The position numbers were made by a program, and so were the translations under genes. From positions 88,464,010-88,528,009 of the forward strand of contig NC_057718.1 in the NCBI RefSeq assembly GCF_004010195.1: 64,000 bases of DNA, written 5' to 3'. The stretch comes from Chiloscyllium plagiosum (Eukaryota). The notes under the pieces were generated by a model that had not been told where the DNA came from, searched no databases, and saw only the letters and a program-made list of their open reading frames with translations. Numbering within the stretch: the first letter of the stretch is position 1; each line of letters opens with the position of its first letter. Shown piece after piece: positions 49,300 to 63,162 of this stretch.

Positions 49300-51900
49300 C
49301 AATGCAGATTTCTTAAGGAAGGCGATGGAACAGGCAAATTACAGAAAGACTAATGATAGATAATAGGATAGTTCAACTGTCCTAAAATATGCCAGGGAAG
49401 TAACAGTATAAAAAGAAATTAGATCATAAGTTCTGAAGCTTGTACCAGTGAACTAGGTTACCAGCCCAGTGAAGAGGAAAGCAGTGCAGGATCAAGCTCT
49501 AAGGCATGAGTAGGACAAGTGCAGATGTTATAGTGGGGGAGCGTTAGAAACGATTGATTCCAACGAAACTAGCCCAAATCTAATGAGACTAATTAAAAGG
49601 ACATGGATAAGTTATATTTGAAGATACACAACTTCAGGTGGGCTAATTTCAGTGAATTGTGAAGAGGCCTGACCGGTTAGATTTGGACCAAATGTTGGAA
49701 GGTAAAACAGTAACTGAAATTGAGCCCTCAAAAGAAATTGTTCAGGTATTTACCAAACACACACCCATGGCAGTATGGGAAGTGCATTCAAACTAGGTAC
49801 AAGTGAATGGGTTTTAGGCAAGTTAGTATCAGTCCCTATTGAGAACAGAAGAAAACAAAAATCACCAAGAAAGCCTATGATAAATGCCAGATCAGTAATA
49901 GAGTATTAAACCCAAGCCAAATACAATGGAGAACTTATAAAGGAAATAACAGTAAAGCAAACAAGAGTATATGAATAGACAAATAATAGGGAAACCAAAA
50001 GTCTTATTCATACAAAGTAAAAAGAGAAATTGTCAAATGATGGATGGAATTATGGACTAAAAGGAAGATCCTCTTGTCAATGCGGAAGGCATAACTGAGG
50101 TACTATGTAAGTACTTTGCATCAGCTTTACTAAAGGATACTGCCAATATCACAATTAAGGAACAGCTAGTTGAGAATTTGCATATAATAAAGAGGAGATA
50201 CTTAAAAGATTGTTGGCCCTCAAAGTAGAAAAGAGACCCGTTTCATATGGGAGGCATCTTACATTGTTGAGGAAAGCACTGGTAAAAATTGTAGAATCAC
50301 TAGTCAGAACCATCCTTTGGCAGAAAAAAAAATAGGTAAACACATGAAATTTAGAACAGCAATGATACAGCAATCTTTAGTGACAATAATTAAAACTATT
50401 AATGTGATAACTAATTGTTACAAGTTAAACTTAATTGACACTTATAAAAGGGTTAATAACTAAACAACAACATGGATTTGTCAAAGACAAATTGTGTAAG
50501 AGTACAGATTTAGATTGGTAAATCTTTCACACCAATCTTTAAGAAGGCAAGAGGAAAATCAAAAAGAATTATAAACAAGTTAACCTAATATCTGTTGTTG
50601 AGGAATGGGTTATTGAATGAGGAAATTTCAAAGTGATTAGAGTGAGCCAGCGTGGATTTGTAAATTGCTCATAAATGTCAATCAACTCTTCAAAATTAAG
50701 TCACTAAAGTATTGCACAGGGTATTTATGATAGGTTTTATTAATATGGACTTCCAGAAGGCATTTGGTCAAGTGCATTATAAAAGACTGATAAATAAAGA
50801 TGAAGCTCACACATCTGAAGGCAAGTTACTGACCTGGTTCAGAAATTGGTTGAGCAGTAGGAGACAGAGTGGGAATAGTGAGAGGGTATGCAATTTAACA
50901 GGATAAGACTAGTGATGCCTCACAAGGTCACAATTAGGGCTCATATATTAATGACCTGGGCAATGGAATTGGAAGTTAAACATCCAAATTTGCTGATGAC
51001 AGAAGATAGATTGTAAGCAGTATAGATGTAAGTTCAGAATTATAAAAGAAATGCAAATAGTTTCAGTAATGGGCAAAACTCTAATAAATGAACCTCAAAA
51101 TAGGTAAATATAAAGTCATCTACTTTGGATCTTAAAAAAGGACAGGAGTAGGTGCTTAAATCTGGAAAGAAAATGCAGAGGTCTGAGGTCTCCTGGGAAT
51201 GCAGGTACTTGGATCATTAAAATATCATAAACAGATAAAAATCAGAAAAGCTAATGTAACACTGGTGCTCATTTCAAGAGGACTAAATTTCCAAGGGGAG
51301 AAATCATATTTCAACGTTACAAAAGCCTGGCTAAAACATACTAGAAATGAGCAGTTCTAGGTACCACACCTTAGCCTTGGTGGAAAAAGCATTGTAGATA
51401 TTTCCTAATCAACTTGTTCAGGGATGTTATTACAAACCTCTGGAATAGGTGGGACTTGAACCCAGGCCTCCTGACTCCAAAGTATGCACCAAAAAAGCCC
51501 GCAGGAAAAACAATGTAAATTGTTAATCAAAATAATACGGATAGAAATTACACAAATTAGGATTATATGATGATTGGATTGAAGTTTTAAAGATATCAAG
51601 GGCAACAGGTGGAAACGATTTTGCTGATTGGGGAGTTTATGACTAGAGGGCACAGCAAACATTACAGTCAGCCTTTCAGGAGTGAAACTAGAAAATGCCA
51701 CTGACATATAAAGGGTGGTAGAAGATTGGCATTCTCTCTGCAAACAGCAATTGGAAACTTAATTGTACTGATAAAGTCTATCAATTAAACTCTATTAAAG
51801 GTATTAAAAAATTATGATTCTCTAGGTATACATCATAGATCTGCCATAAACTCTCTGAATGGCAGACCAGGATTAAACAGCTAAGCGGCCTACCCTTAGC
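49300..51900 (+). mobile_element. Ancient CR1 LINE ORF2 remnants with a SINE at ~51390-51490
   Basis: MDFQKAFGQVHYKRLINK, tttgctgatgac (FADD), and a degenerate 3' region. Confidence 0.65.
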
Positions 51901-53230
51901 TTGTAAGCAGGACAAATCAAACATTGCCAATTACCACCCCATCAGTCTACGCTCAAACAGTAAGTGATGGAAGGTGTTATTTATTGTGCTTCCAAGTCAC
52001 ACTTGCTGAGCAGTAACCTGCTCTTTGACAATCAGTTTGGGTTCCACCTGGGTCATCTCAGTTCCTGACCGCATTACAACCTTAGCTCATAGACAAACAG
52101 AACAGACGAAAGAAGAGACAAGAAAATTCAATAAGTGAGGGGAGACTGACAGCTCTTGACATCAAGATTGTATTTGACTGAATATGGAATTAAGAAATTC
52201 TATCAAAACCTGAAATCGATAGGAAACTGTGAAAACGGTCTATTGGTTAGAGTCATAGCTGGCAAAAAAGGATGATGATTGTGGTTTGAGGTCCGCATCT
52301 CACTTTCTACAGGAGTGCCTTGCAGTAATGTCCCAGGCCCAACTATCTTCAGCTGTTTCATCAAGTGGTGATATCACCAATTATTTCATCATCTTCATCA
52401 CCACTTGCAGTTCAGATACTGAAGTAGTCCATGGTTTAATGCAAGGCCAGGACATAATCCATAAGTGGATTCACAAGTGGCAAGTGACATTTCTGCCACA
52501 CAAGTGCCAGGCATAAATCATCAGTAACGAGACAGAATCTACCCAAATCCCGCTCCCCATCCCAACAGTAACATCACTGTATCCTCTACTATCAACATTG
52601 AAGGTTACCATTGAAAAGAAACTAAACTAGCCATAGACATACGTGGCTACAAGAGCAGGTCTGAAGTTAAGAATCCTGCAACAAGCAGCTTAACCATTAA
52701 TTCCCACCATCTATAAGACACAAGCCTGAAGTATAATGAAAACTCTCCACTTGCCTGGATGAGTGAAGCTCCAACAACTCAAGAAGCTTGACATCATTCA
52801 GACAAAGCAGCCATTTAATTAGCACCATATCCACAAACAAACATTCACTCCTCCCACCACCAAAGCACAGCATTAGCAATATGCCCCATCCACAATATGT
52901 CCTGTATAAATTCACCAAGGCTCCTCAAGTATCCTCCAAACCTACAACGCTAGCACCTAGAATGACAAGCACAGCCAACAGACAGGAACACTACCACATG
53001 CAAGTTCCCTCCAGCACTCTCACCATCCTGATTTAAAAATATATTATTCCATCAAAAATACTAGGTCAAAACCCTGGAACTCTCTCCCTAACAGCATAAT
53101 TGGTCTACCCACAAATGAACTTCAGCAAGTCAAGAAGGCATCTCATTATCACCTTCACAAAAGGTAACAAGGGACAGGCAGTAAATGCAATCCCAGACAG
53201 AGACACATACATTCCATGAATGAATAAACA
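51900..53230 (+). mobile_element. Old CR1-group LINE fragment
   Basis: Parallels 37130-38340 (WIHKWQVTFLPHKCQA, and the same 3' end ..attccatgaatgaataaa). Confidence 0.7.
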
Positions 53231-56200
53231 AGAAGTTTTAGAAAAAGGTCAAAGATTTGAAGGAATCTAGATGCTTCAAGGATGTGGGTCTAATTTAATG
53301 TAGAAATTAGAGAAATAAGGGTTCTTCTTTCAATCTCCCCTTGATCTTAAGAAGTGTTAAAATTCAAAGGTTTTATAGTGAAGCAAGGAAAAAATATTTA
53401 GAAATAACCATGCACATAAATTTAAGATAATTGACAAAAAAAGAGTTAAGAGTCAACATGAAGGAAAAATATCTTAAGCTTTAAATTGTAATTGTCTGGA
53501 ATTCTCTGGCTGAAAAAAGTAGTGGAAACAGATTCTTTCAAAACGAAACTGACTAAATAATCGAAGGGGATAATTACTTAGGATTAGGGAAACAGCAAGG
53601 GATTGAGACTAAATTGGATAATTGGACAGGATCAGTACTTTGTCCAGGTTTATAACGTTCACTTCCAGGTCCTTTGCATTATGTCTGGGTGTACACTCAA
53701 GAGCTGTAGGATTGTGGAGCAGTGTTACTGTCCTCACTGCTTGGCCAGAAGGTCTGGCTTCAAGTGCCATCTAGCCTGGATAGACATCACAGCATATCTA
53801 ACACTATGCTTAAAACAACTACACCCAAGGTCTTTACTGTGCCCACTGTGCTGATGGTTCTCCAGATACTTGAATTGAGAAATTCTGATTGATGTTGAGG
53901 TTAACACTTATAGTTTTTACATAGTAAAACAATTTGTGTTGACCTGACTTTAATGCACAAGTCTTTCACATTGGGACCTGGGTTCAAATCCAACTCCAGA
54001 ATGGGTGAATAAAAGTGTGCAGGCTGATGGTTCAATATGAAATGAAACTGTCAAATCTCAATGCAGCTCCTGGCAGGCAAGTGCCTTCACTGAAACAGAA
54101 CATAGACACTGAAATTATCATCCATTGTCTGCACGTGATACAAGGGCTGAAGCTGCAGGATGTTGATAGGTCACAGTAGAGGAACTGTTCCTAATCTGTG
54201 ATTGCTTGCTGCTGACACTAAATTATTGCTATCTAAAGAATTACCTTTTGCCAAAGTAATCTACCACATTTCACTGAGCACAAGTAATATCTTCAATTGT
54301 TTTACACTGAGAAGTGGACATCAAACAAGAGGGAATTGAAAAATAGCATAAAGTTAAAAGAATGGTTGAATAAAGGTTTTTAGCAAAGTCTTGGAAGGCA
54401 GGAAACAAAGTAAAATTCAGTATTTTTGAGAGACATATTCACATTACTGCAGAGGCTACAGATTGGGTATTCCCATCAAGAACAGCTAACCCAGAGTCAG
54501 ATTGAGGTTGTGCAGAGATTTGTGGAGATAAAGGAAACTTTTGTTTATTCGCTCATGGGACATATACATCACAGGATGTTGCAAACATGCCAGTAACATC
54601 TGAGTGCCTGATAAAATTCTGGAGGAATCTAAATTTTTCTGGGCTCAACCCAAACCAGGTGTATGCCATACTTTACTAGCTTCCGTCCATATCCTGTAAC
54701 AGCTGGTAACAGCCTCCTTGGTTACCTATCTAGTTATTAGTATTTGATTTTAGTGTACCATTTGGCTCTATGCTTCAATTTTGATCCTGTGTCCAGTCAC
54801 CTAGAATGCCTCCACTTCAGGATCTTTGCTTGCTTAATCATCCCATCTCTTCTCATTTGTTGAAACTACAATCCACATCTCCTTTTTGAGAGTTTTAAAA
54901 TCTTTTTCATGCCCTCCTTATATTCCCTCTTCACAGCCTTCATGCCATCCAGAACTTTAGAGTTTTTCCCACCTCCAAAAACTTGAATTGTTTCAGGGCA
55001 GACAGAAAAACAAAAATCAGAAAATTAACAGCATCTTCCTTTAAAATCTGTTTTGCAAATAGAACCAAAGCATCTCAGCAAGTACTGGCTTTGCTTCCTT
55101 CCACAAAGCATCTATCCTCAACACTACCCACCCCCAACATCCTTGACAATATTATCAGCATCATGAGCTACCATATGTATACTGAAGTTACAGAGCTCTG
55201 TCCTCCCTTTCCACTCTCCTAACTCAGGGTTCTCAAATTATCAATTCTTGGATGAGCTCTAATTTTCTCCAAATGTTACTATCACTACTCACTTGCCACT
55301 GTCTACTTCTCTCAACAATCTTCCAAGCTGAACCAGATTATTTTCAATTTTAATGCTACTTTTGACCGAAGCAGTGGTTTGAATCTTTACATCTGATCAT
55401 GAACAGCTCACCTTCCACCATCGCAACAATATTTGCCCAGCCTTATGCTTCATCACTTGCTCCACCATTAAGATGCTTACACATGCTTTTGTTACATCCA
55501 GTCTCATATAGACCAATTCAATTGAATATTTCAAAACTGAAGACAAGAGTTATGTCAGGCAAGGAGGATACAAAACCAAGCAAGTTAGTTGGAGTGAAGA
55601 TACAGGCAACACATGATCGAACAAAAAAGCAAGTGCAGGCCCGAGGGCTGGATGTTCTACTCTGATGCTATGTTCTTAATTATTGACTCAACCACCAATG
55701 GATCCTCCTACCCCAAATCCAGACTTATTCAAAACTTGAGGAATTCCTTTAATCATATTTAAAACAAATATTCCGAATTTATCTTGAAATAAGATCAGAA
55801 AATGCCAGAATCATTACATAATTTCATCTACATACAAACAGCTATCAAGTATTGATCCTGATTATAACCACAAAATTATTACATTGCTAAGTATTAGTTA
55901 GCATGGAGACTGGGCAGAATTTTGCAGAATGAGGTTCACACATTTTAAGATGTATCACAATAATTGGTATCATGTTTTGTCTTGTCTTTCTTCCCAATCC
56001 ATAAATTACAACACAACAGCCATTCAGCTCTTGCCATCAATGCTCGCCCTTCAATTTCTACCATCTAAGCCAATTCAAATGTTTGGATCTTTACCATGAC
56101 AGCAACTGTCACAACGGTGGCTTGCAATAAAGCATTCCATGCTTCAGCAGTGATCTGTGTGGCAAAGGATTTTCCTCTGTACTTTAGTAGCAATTATCAG

Positions 56201-57574
56201 TGTATGGCAAAACAAGAGCTCAATCAGTGCAAACGAGCATCTCAGCCTTATTGTACATCCATTTTCCATTCACCCAATCCAACCCCACCCATATTACTCT
56301 TTTCTCTTTCAAAAGAACCTAATTTTTCAAGCCTTACACCAGTACAGTAATCCCTCATTCCCAGTGTCATTGTAGTGAAACTTCGTTGTATTCTCTTATG
56401 GTTAAATTATGTTTCTCTTTTTAGGTGTCCAGAACTGCACATGAAACTTTAACCAACCCAGTATAAATGCAACATCATTTCCTTTCTTCTATATATTAAA
56501 AATAAATATTTCAGCATTCACTCTCTACATTTGAAAACATTTGTATTTACACCTTAACTTCTCCATTTGTTATTTCGATTAATAATTTGACTTTATTATA
56601 CCCCCATCCCATCAAAATACTTAACCTCCCACTTCTCACTGCCGAATACTGCCCAGGCTGATAATTTATGTTCACCCACCATTCCTCCAAAGTTTGCTAG
56701 GTTTTCACTTTTTTGACCAAGTCACTTATATAAACAGAATTTAATAGGGACCAGTACAGATCTTTATGTTGCAGCACCACCTACATTTCACCAATCCAAA
56801 AAGCATATTCAGGTCACCTTCCTGCTTTCTGTCCTTAGTGATCCTCTATCCAGATAGATGATTTCCTTTAATGTCTTACACGTTAATTCTCTCATGTGGT
56901 TCTTGAAATAATAGCTGAAAATCCATTCATACACTTATAGCAGGTTTCTGTTATTTATTAAAAGCATTCTCAAAAAAATCAAATGTAACTAGTCAAGCCC
57001 TTATAAATGTACAGTGAAGGGTCTGGTTAGCGCATGCATTTCTACATGTTCAGTAATCTTGAATTATGGAGGCTCACGAATTGTAAGATCCAAGTAGAAA
57101 GCTAACAAAAATAAATCTATTAAATTCAACACCTGTAGAGATTTTAATGATGCTTCCAGGTTTTAAGTTTTCAAATTGCGTTCCCATTTTTATTTTTAGA
57201 AATTCAAAATCAAATCATTTTTTTCCCAACTCCCTATGAATGTGGTGTCAGGCCATGCCCTTTCTTAGCATCTGTCAAAATCCAGCACACTGCAAGTTTA
57301 GGATATAATTAAGTGATAATTTGTGATAAATAACAAATCAGCCACTTGGGGGCAATGAAGCTCAGATTACAGTTGTGATTTGGCATGACAACATTTTTTT
57401 TGGTGGCTTAATATCAGGATATATATCACAAAAGTCTTTAAGACTTAAGAGACCCATACGGGCAATAGTTTACAGACCTGGAGTCATAAATTACAGTGCA
57501 CAGTCACTTCTAGCAAAAGAAAGACTGACAGGCCAGAGCTCTCAAAGAACTTCATGGATATGAAGTTCTGAAGG

Positions 57575-57840
57575 TTAGTCACTGTTGTAATGTAGAAACA
57601 CAGCAGCTAATGTAGACACACAGATAATGTCATAACAAGCAGATAATCTGTCCTTTGTGACGTTGATTGTGGGATAAATATTGGTCAAGGCATTGAGGAT
57701 AATTCTCCTGCTTTCTCCAAAATGGTGCCAATGTAACCTTTTACTTCCTTAAAGGTTCAGGATGGGGGCTCATTCTTGTGCCCAATCCAAGACTGCACTC
57801 CAATCGTGTTAAACGCTGCTCCTTCAGTATTACAATAAAG
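57575..57840 (-). mobile_element. Deu-domain SINE-like element (SacSINE1/AmnSINE1-related)
   Basis: Matches the reverse complement of the recalled Deu domain (cactgttgtaatgtag..cagataatctg..gggataaatattgg..aaaatggtgcca). Confidence 0.65.
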
Positions 57841-58908
57841 CCTGGCACAGTATCAAAAACACTACTCATACAATACTCACAACAGAATCCTTTTATTTGA
57901 CACCTTCGTAGATTTAAGTTACTTATGACTTACTTCTATACTGAAACTGCAGATAGCTTCAGAAAAAAACCTATAACACACCAGGTTAAATAAATTCAGT
58001 TTTAAATAATCCAGTGTTTAATCCTAACACTAAACAAAAAAAAACAGCTAATGGGTTCAAAAATCAAAGTCCAAATTCAGCTATTTACCCCCAAAAAGAC
58101 AAAAGCATCATTTTTAACATCCACATCTATTTTGGCTGTGCAAACTGCAGTCATGTCAGATAAGATTTTCTCTACATTTCCTTTGTTATGCACGATATAA
58201 CAAACTCATAAGTTTGTCGATCAAAACATTTTTAGGGATCTCAGTGCAAAAACCGTATTTTTTGTTTGTTATTTTGATTATGGACCAAAATGGCAAAAGG
58301 ACAGTTTTAAAAAACCGAGAATTGCAGAAAGGATTACTACACATGAGCTGGAGTCAGAGACTGTACAAAATGAGATTCAGCCTGCAACATGTAGCTGATT
58401 GATAACTAGTCGCCACCTCACAGAACAATGATAAAGGCCTTTGGCCTGCTATCACCCAGCTCCCAGGTAGCTTGTGAGGGTGAACATTTAGTTAGAAGTT
58501 ATCTGATCTCTGAAAAAGGAAGAAGCGGTCTCTTTTCTCTGTGATAAAAATCACCTCAAGCCTGAAGAAAGGCAGCATATTTTTACTCATTCGTTGCTGT
58601 AAACTGTGACTTTTAACCAAGAAGTTGGACTTTACAAATGTGAACCAGTCACCTCATGCCTCTTGCAAGCAAAAGTACTTGAAGATGATCGATTAAGGGA
58701 CAGAAAGTTCTAACAAGTCAAAAGGACCTCAGCAAACCCTCTGGGTATGGACCATTGAACCACCTTCCCAGTCTTTCCCTCTGCTCACAGAATCCGTTTT
58801 ATTTTTGTGCCTGCTTGTATAGTTGTGTGCAGGTTTTAGAAGGGTGCAAGCATTTTAATTGGAGAAGTCATATGTCAATAGTTCATAATTGTTTATTTGT
58901 TTGTAATG

Positions 58909-59120
58909 CAGTCGGTTCTGCTATAATACATGCTTCTTCAATTTGAATTGGCTATAAACGCGATTGAAGAATTTAGATCATTATTTATAGAATGCAAACT
59001 TTCCTTCCTTGGTTATAACACAATTCTGGTCCCATTAGTTTAAATGGTGCTGCTATTACACGATTTTCTTATAACGCAGGATAGCATTGGAACGGAACTA
59101 TGTTATATCAAAACAGACTG
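58909..59120. mobile_element. pogo/Tigger-like MITE
   Basis: TIRs CAGTCGGTTCTGCTATAATA and (reverse complement) CAGTCTGTTTTGATATAACA match at 16/20. The right flank is TA and the left flank TG. Confidence 0.65.
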
Positions 59121-60149
59121 TAGATAGCAATTCTTGCTAAGTACAGAAACTAGGTCTGTGCTTTGTCAACCTTGGTCAAAAACATGTGAAAACTAGAGCT
59201 TTAGCACAGTTCTACAAAATGTTCAACTTTTACAGAAGTTAAAAGGGTTTGATTTCCAGCATGCTATCCCAGTGAGGTGAAATATTTGGTTAAAATCTCT
59301 CCCACTACCCCAAATCTTGTGTATTTGACAGTCTCAAAATTCATTTAATTGGTCACACAAACTTCTATCCATGTCACTCACTTTGAAAATCTCAGCTTCT
59401 TGCTACTGTTCCAGATGCTGGCAACAAATTAGCAAATTGGTGTTAATTACAATTGTAACTTGAAACTGTCAGAAATAAGTCATTCAACTCTATGAGCACG
59501 ATCCACAACTATTAGATAGTGTTGGATTTATACCTCAGGTCTACTTACCCTCCTTTGATCCATTTTTCTCAAAACCTTTACATAGTAAAATCTATCAAGC
59601 TTGCAATTGAAAATATAAACAGATATAGTATTCATAACCTTTTCAAGGTGAGTGATTTAGACCCCTACCATCCCTAGTCTCAAAATATGCTTTCTTGTTT
59701 CACACTTTGAACAACCTATTTCAAAACCCAAGATTGCATCCCATGCATGCAGTCTTCCCCACAGAAAATATCCCTAACCTATGTTCTCATTGTATCAGGT
59801 TGACTACTCCAATATTCCTCATGACACCGCCAAGCCTCTTTCGTTTCTTTCCGTCCTGCTTGAAGCAAATGATCCATGGAATAGAATGGACACAAAGCCT
59901 ACCAGAGATTTACTCAAATGGCCATTCTTCACACATGATCCTAGACAACCGCACACTGCCGACTCCAAATAGCATTTCTATATTGAATTGAGAATATAGC
60001 TCCAGCTGGAGTAGTCACAGCCAGTGTGCTTATCCAATTCTCTGATAGGTATGAATTTAGTGTGTCTGAGGTGAACAAGGATATAGGCTGCAGAGACTAT
60101 TAGAAAATTGAACAAAGCACCATTCAATGCTTTGTGCATGCGCATGGGG

Positions 60150-61400
60150 GAAGGAAGAGGAGAAGGGAAATGAATAGATAGGGTCCTCTGCAGCATAGAG
60201 TGTGTGCAAAAGCTGTGTTTCCTACCTGATGCCAAGGTTCACAATGTCTCCGGGCTGGAGAGGAACATGGGGCGGGAAGGGGAAGGATCCAGTTGCCATA
60301 ATCCATGCAGATACCAACAACAACATAGGTAAGAATAGGAAAGAGATTCTGCTGAGGGTTTACCAGCAGCGTAATCTAATTTAGAAAGCAGGACTACAAG
60401 TAATAAACTCAGGATTCATATTTGAGTCACATGCAAATGGTGTCAGGTAAGAAAGATTTCAAGAAAAAAATATGAAATAGTTCAATATGACTAGACAGCT
60501 ATTAGAGACATGGCTACAGGGTCACCAGGGCAAGGATCTCATTATTAAAGGGTTTTCAAGGTTGCAATGGGTAGGCAAAATAAAGTGGGGTAGCAATGTT
60601 ATTAAACAAAGATATCAGTGCGGTGGTTAGTTGTGGTATAGGTGCAACAGTTTGTGGTGCAAAATAAGTTTGAGTCCAAGTAAGGTTTAGCAAAAGTAGT
60701 CAGTCACAGGTGGGATGCGTCTTCAAGTTCCTAAGGAGTTGCCCCACTGTAGGATAAAATACAAATCACAAAATAATGGAAACATGTAGGAAAGTCACTA
60801 ATTTTTATTGAAAATTTTTATCCACGCAAATTATATGGGAAAGAGCGACACGGAAGGAGAGTTGACATAATGCATCAGGGATTGTTTGTTATAGCAGTAA
60901 AATGCACAACTTACATAGAAACTGAATACTCAGATGTGTAATGAGGTAGGATTAATAAACTGGTGGGAGCAATCACAACTTCATAAAATTTCAATCTTAG
61001 TTTGATGGAGAGCAACTCTGGTCTCAAACCAGAGTTTCAACTGAAACAAGGGCAATTATGAAGATATGCGAAAAAGGACAATCTAAAGCAAACTAGAAAA
61101 CTAAACGAGAAGATCATTAGATGAACAGATATTTATTCAGATATTTTATAATAGCAAAAATTTATTCTGGTCAAGAAGAAGAATTCAATGAAAAGAATTA
61201 ACCACCTACAATTAACAAAGCAGTCCAATCAAAATCCAAGACATACAAAATAGTAAAAACTAGCAGTAGGACAGAGAATTGAATATTTCATTAAGAAACC
61301 AGCAGCAATGAATAAAAAAACGAATAGAAAATTGGTTAGGAAAGTAAATTGGCAAGATATATAAAAAACTTTGAATGCAAGTTTTAAGATGAACTTCTGT
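60150..61400 (+). mobile_element. Ancient CR1 LINE, ORF1 (esterase-like) to ORF2 endonuclease remnants
   Basis: DPVAIIHADTNNNIGKNRKEILLR resembles the CR1 ORF1 SGNH segment; gctattagagagacatggcta (AI.ETWL) is an endonuclease remnant. Confidence 0.55.
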
Positions 61401-61529
61401 ACCTAACTACTTAATGTCAATAGCGAAGAAATAAAACACCTTTGGGTATTTAACGCCAAATTCAAATACCAATACATCAGTAGAATTCTTTTCAGAAGAC
61501 TTCTTTTAAAAAAAAAGTTCAATCATAGG

Positions 61530-62310
61530 ATTAATGGTGCCACTGGCCAGGCCGTCTGTAATAGCCACAGAGAAGTTGGTGGTGATTTACCACTAGAGTC
61601 CTTCATTTGCGGGTACACCCACCGTGCTGTTAGGTAGGGAGTTCCAGGAATTTTACCAAGCTGACAGTGAAGGAACAGTGTTACTATTCCATGTCAGGAT
61701 AATGTACGACCTGGATGGAAATATGCAGGTGATGTTCACATGCATCTGTTCTTCTAGATGATACAGGTTTCAAGTTTGGAAGGGAGTGCAGTGCATCAGT
61801 AGTGAAGGAAGCAAATGTTAAAAGGTGGTGGATGGGGTGCCAATCAGGCAGGCTGCTCTGTCCAATGAATACTCCATCATGCTCCTAACCAATGTTTGCT
61901 CTAAGCTGCACAGAGCCATTTTGATGTTTCATGGACAATGATCAGTGTCAGCATCCAAATGCAACATCGACTTCTAGTTCCAGAGGTCACTGCTATGCAC
62001 AGGTCTTGGAGGCCCATGCAGCCAGTAAGACAATTAGAAGAATGCTGCTCCTGACTTGTGCCTCGCAGGTGGACAGGCATTGAAGAGACATGAAGTGAGT
62101 TACACATTGTAGATGTTCAAGGCTCTGACCAGCTCTTGCAGCAATAGTATTTCTAAGACTCCAGTTCAGTTTTTAGTCAATAGTAAGCACCAGAATGCTA
62201 ATAGTGTGCAATTTAGCAATGGTAATACCACTAAATGTCAAGGGCAATAGTCACATTCTCTTGTTGGGTGATGGTTATTCGTACTATACAAGTGCCAGAC
62301 AATGTTACTC
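61530..62310 (-). mobile_element. Old CR1-group LINE 3' fragment
   Basis: Reverse-complement similarity to the 3' end of 36690-38340. Confidence 0.5.
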
Positions 62311-62945
62311 ACCATTTAGAATCAGAGGCGTACAGCACAGAAACAGACCCATCAGTCCAACTCATCCATGCCGACCAGATATCCTAACCTAATCTAGTCC
62401 CATTTGCCAACACTTGGCCCATATCCCTCACAACCCTTCTTAAATCATGTACCCATCCAGATGCCTTTTAAATACTGCAATTGTACCAGCCTCCACCATT
62501 TCCTTTGGCAGCTCATTCCATACACAGACCACTCTCTGCATTAAAAAGTTGCCCCTTAAGTTGCCTCTTAAATTTTCCCCATGTGCCCTCTAGTTATGGA
62601 CTCCCCCAACCCTGGGAGACGACCTTGTCTATTTACCCTAGGGCCCTCATGATTTTATAAACCTCTAAGGTCACCCCTCAGCCTCCGATGCTCCAAGGAA
62701 AACAACTCGAGCATATTCAGCCTCTCCCTGTAGTACAAATTCTCCAAGCCTGGCAACATCCTTGTAAATTTTTTCTGAACACTTTCAAGTTTTACAACAT
62801 CCTTCCGAAAGGAAGGAAACCAGAATAGGGAAAAGCAACCCTCTACCATCACCGTCTTCTACCTTCAAGCCTATTCTGTATCTAAATGGCTAGTTCTCCC
62901 TGAATTCCATGAGATCTAACCTTGCTATGTAGTCTACCATGAGGA

Positions 62946-63162
62946 GGAGAAAGTGAGGTCTGCAGATGCTGGAGATCAAAGTTGAAACTTTATTGCTGGA
63001 ACAGCACAGCAGGTCAGGCAGCATCCAGGGAACAGGAGATTCGACGTTTCGGGCACAGGCCCTTCTTCAGGAATGAAGAAGGGCCTGTGCCCGAAACGTC
63101 GAATCTCCTGTTCCCTGGATGCTGCCTGACCTGCTGTGCTGTTCCAGCAATAAAGTTTCAAC
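62946..63162. mobile_element. Young fold-back Penelope pLTR insertion: perfect 89-bp inverted repeat with 15-bp TSD
   Basis: Arms 62981-63069 and 63074-63162 are exact reverse complements around GGAA. AGTCTACCATGAGGA occurs at 62931-62945 and 63163-63177. Confidence 0.92.
63039..63074 (-). ncRNA. Minimal hammerhead-ribozyme motif with intact core
   Basis: Minus strand reads AUUC-CUGAAGA-A-GGGC-CUGU-GCCC-GAAA-CG-UC/GAAU: stem I AUUC/GAAU, GUC triplet, palindromic ACGU stem III. Confidence 0.75.
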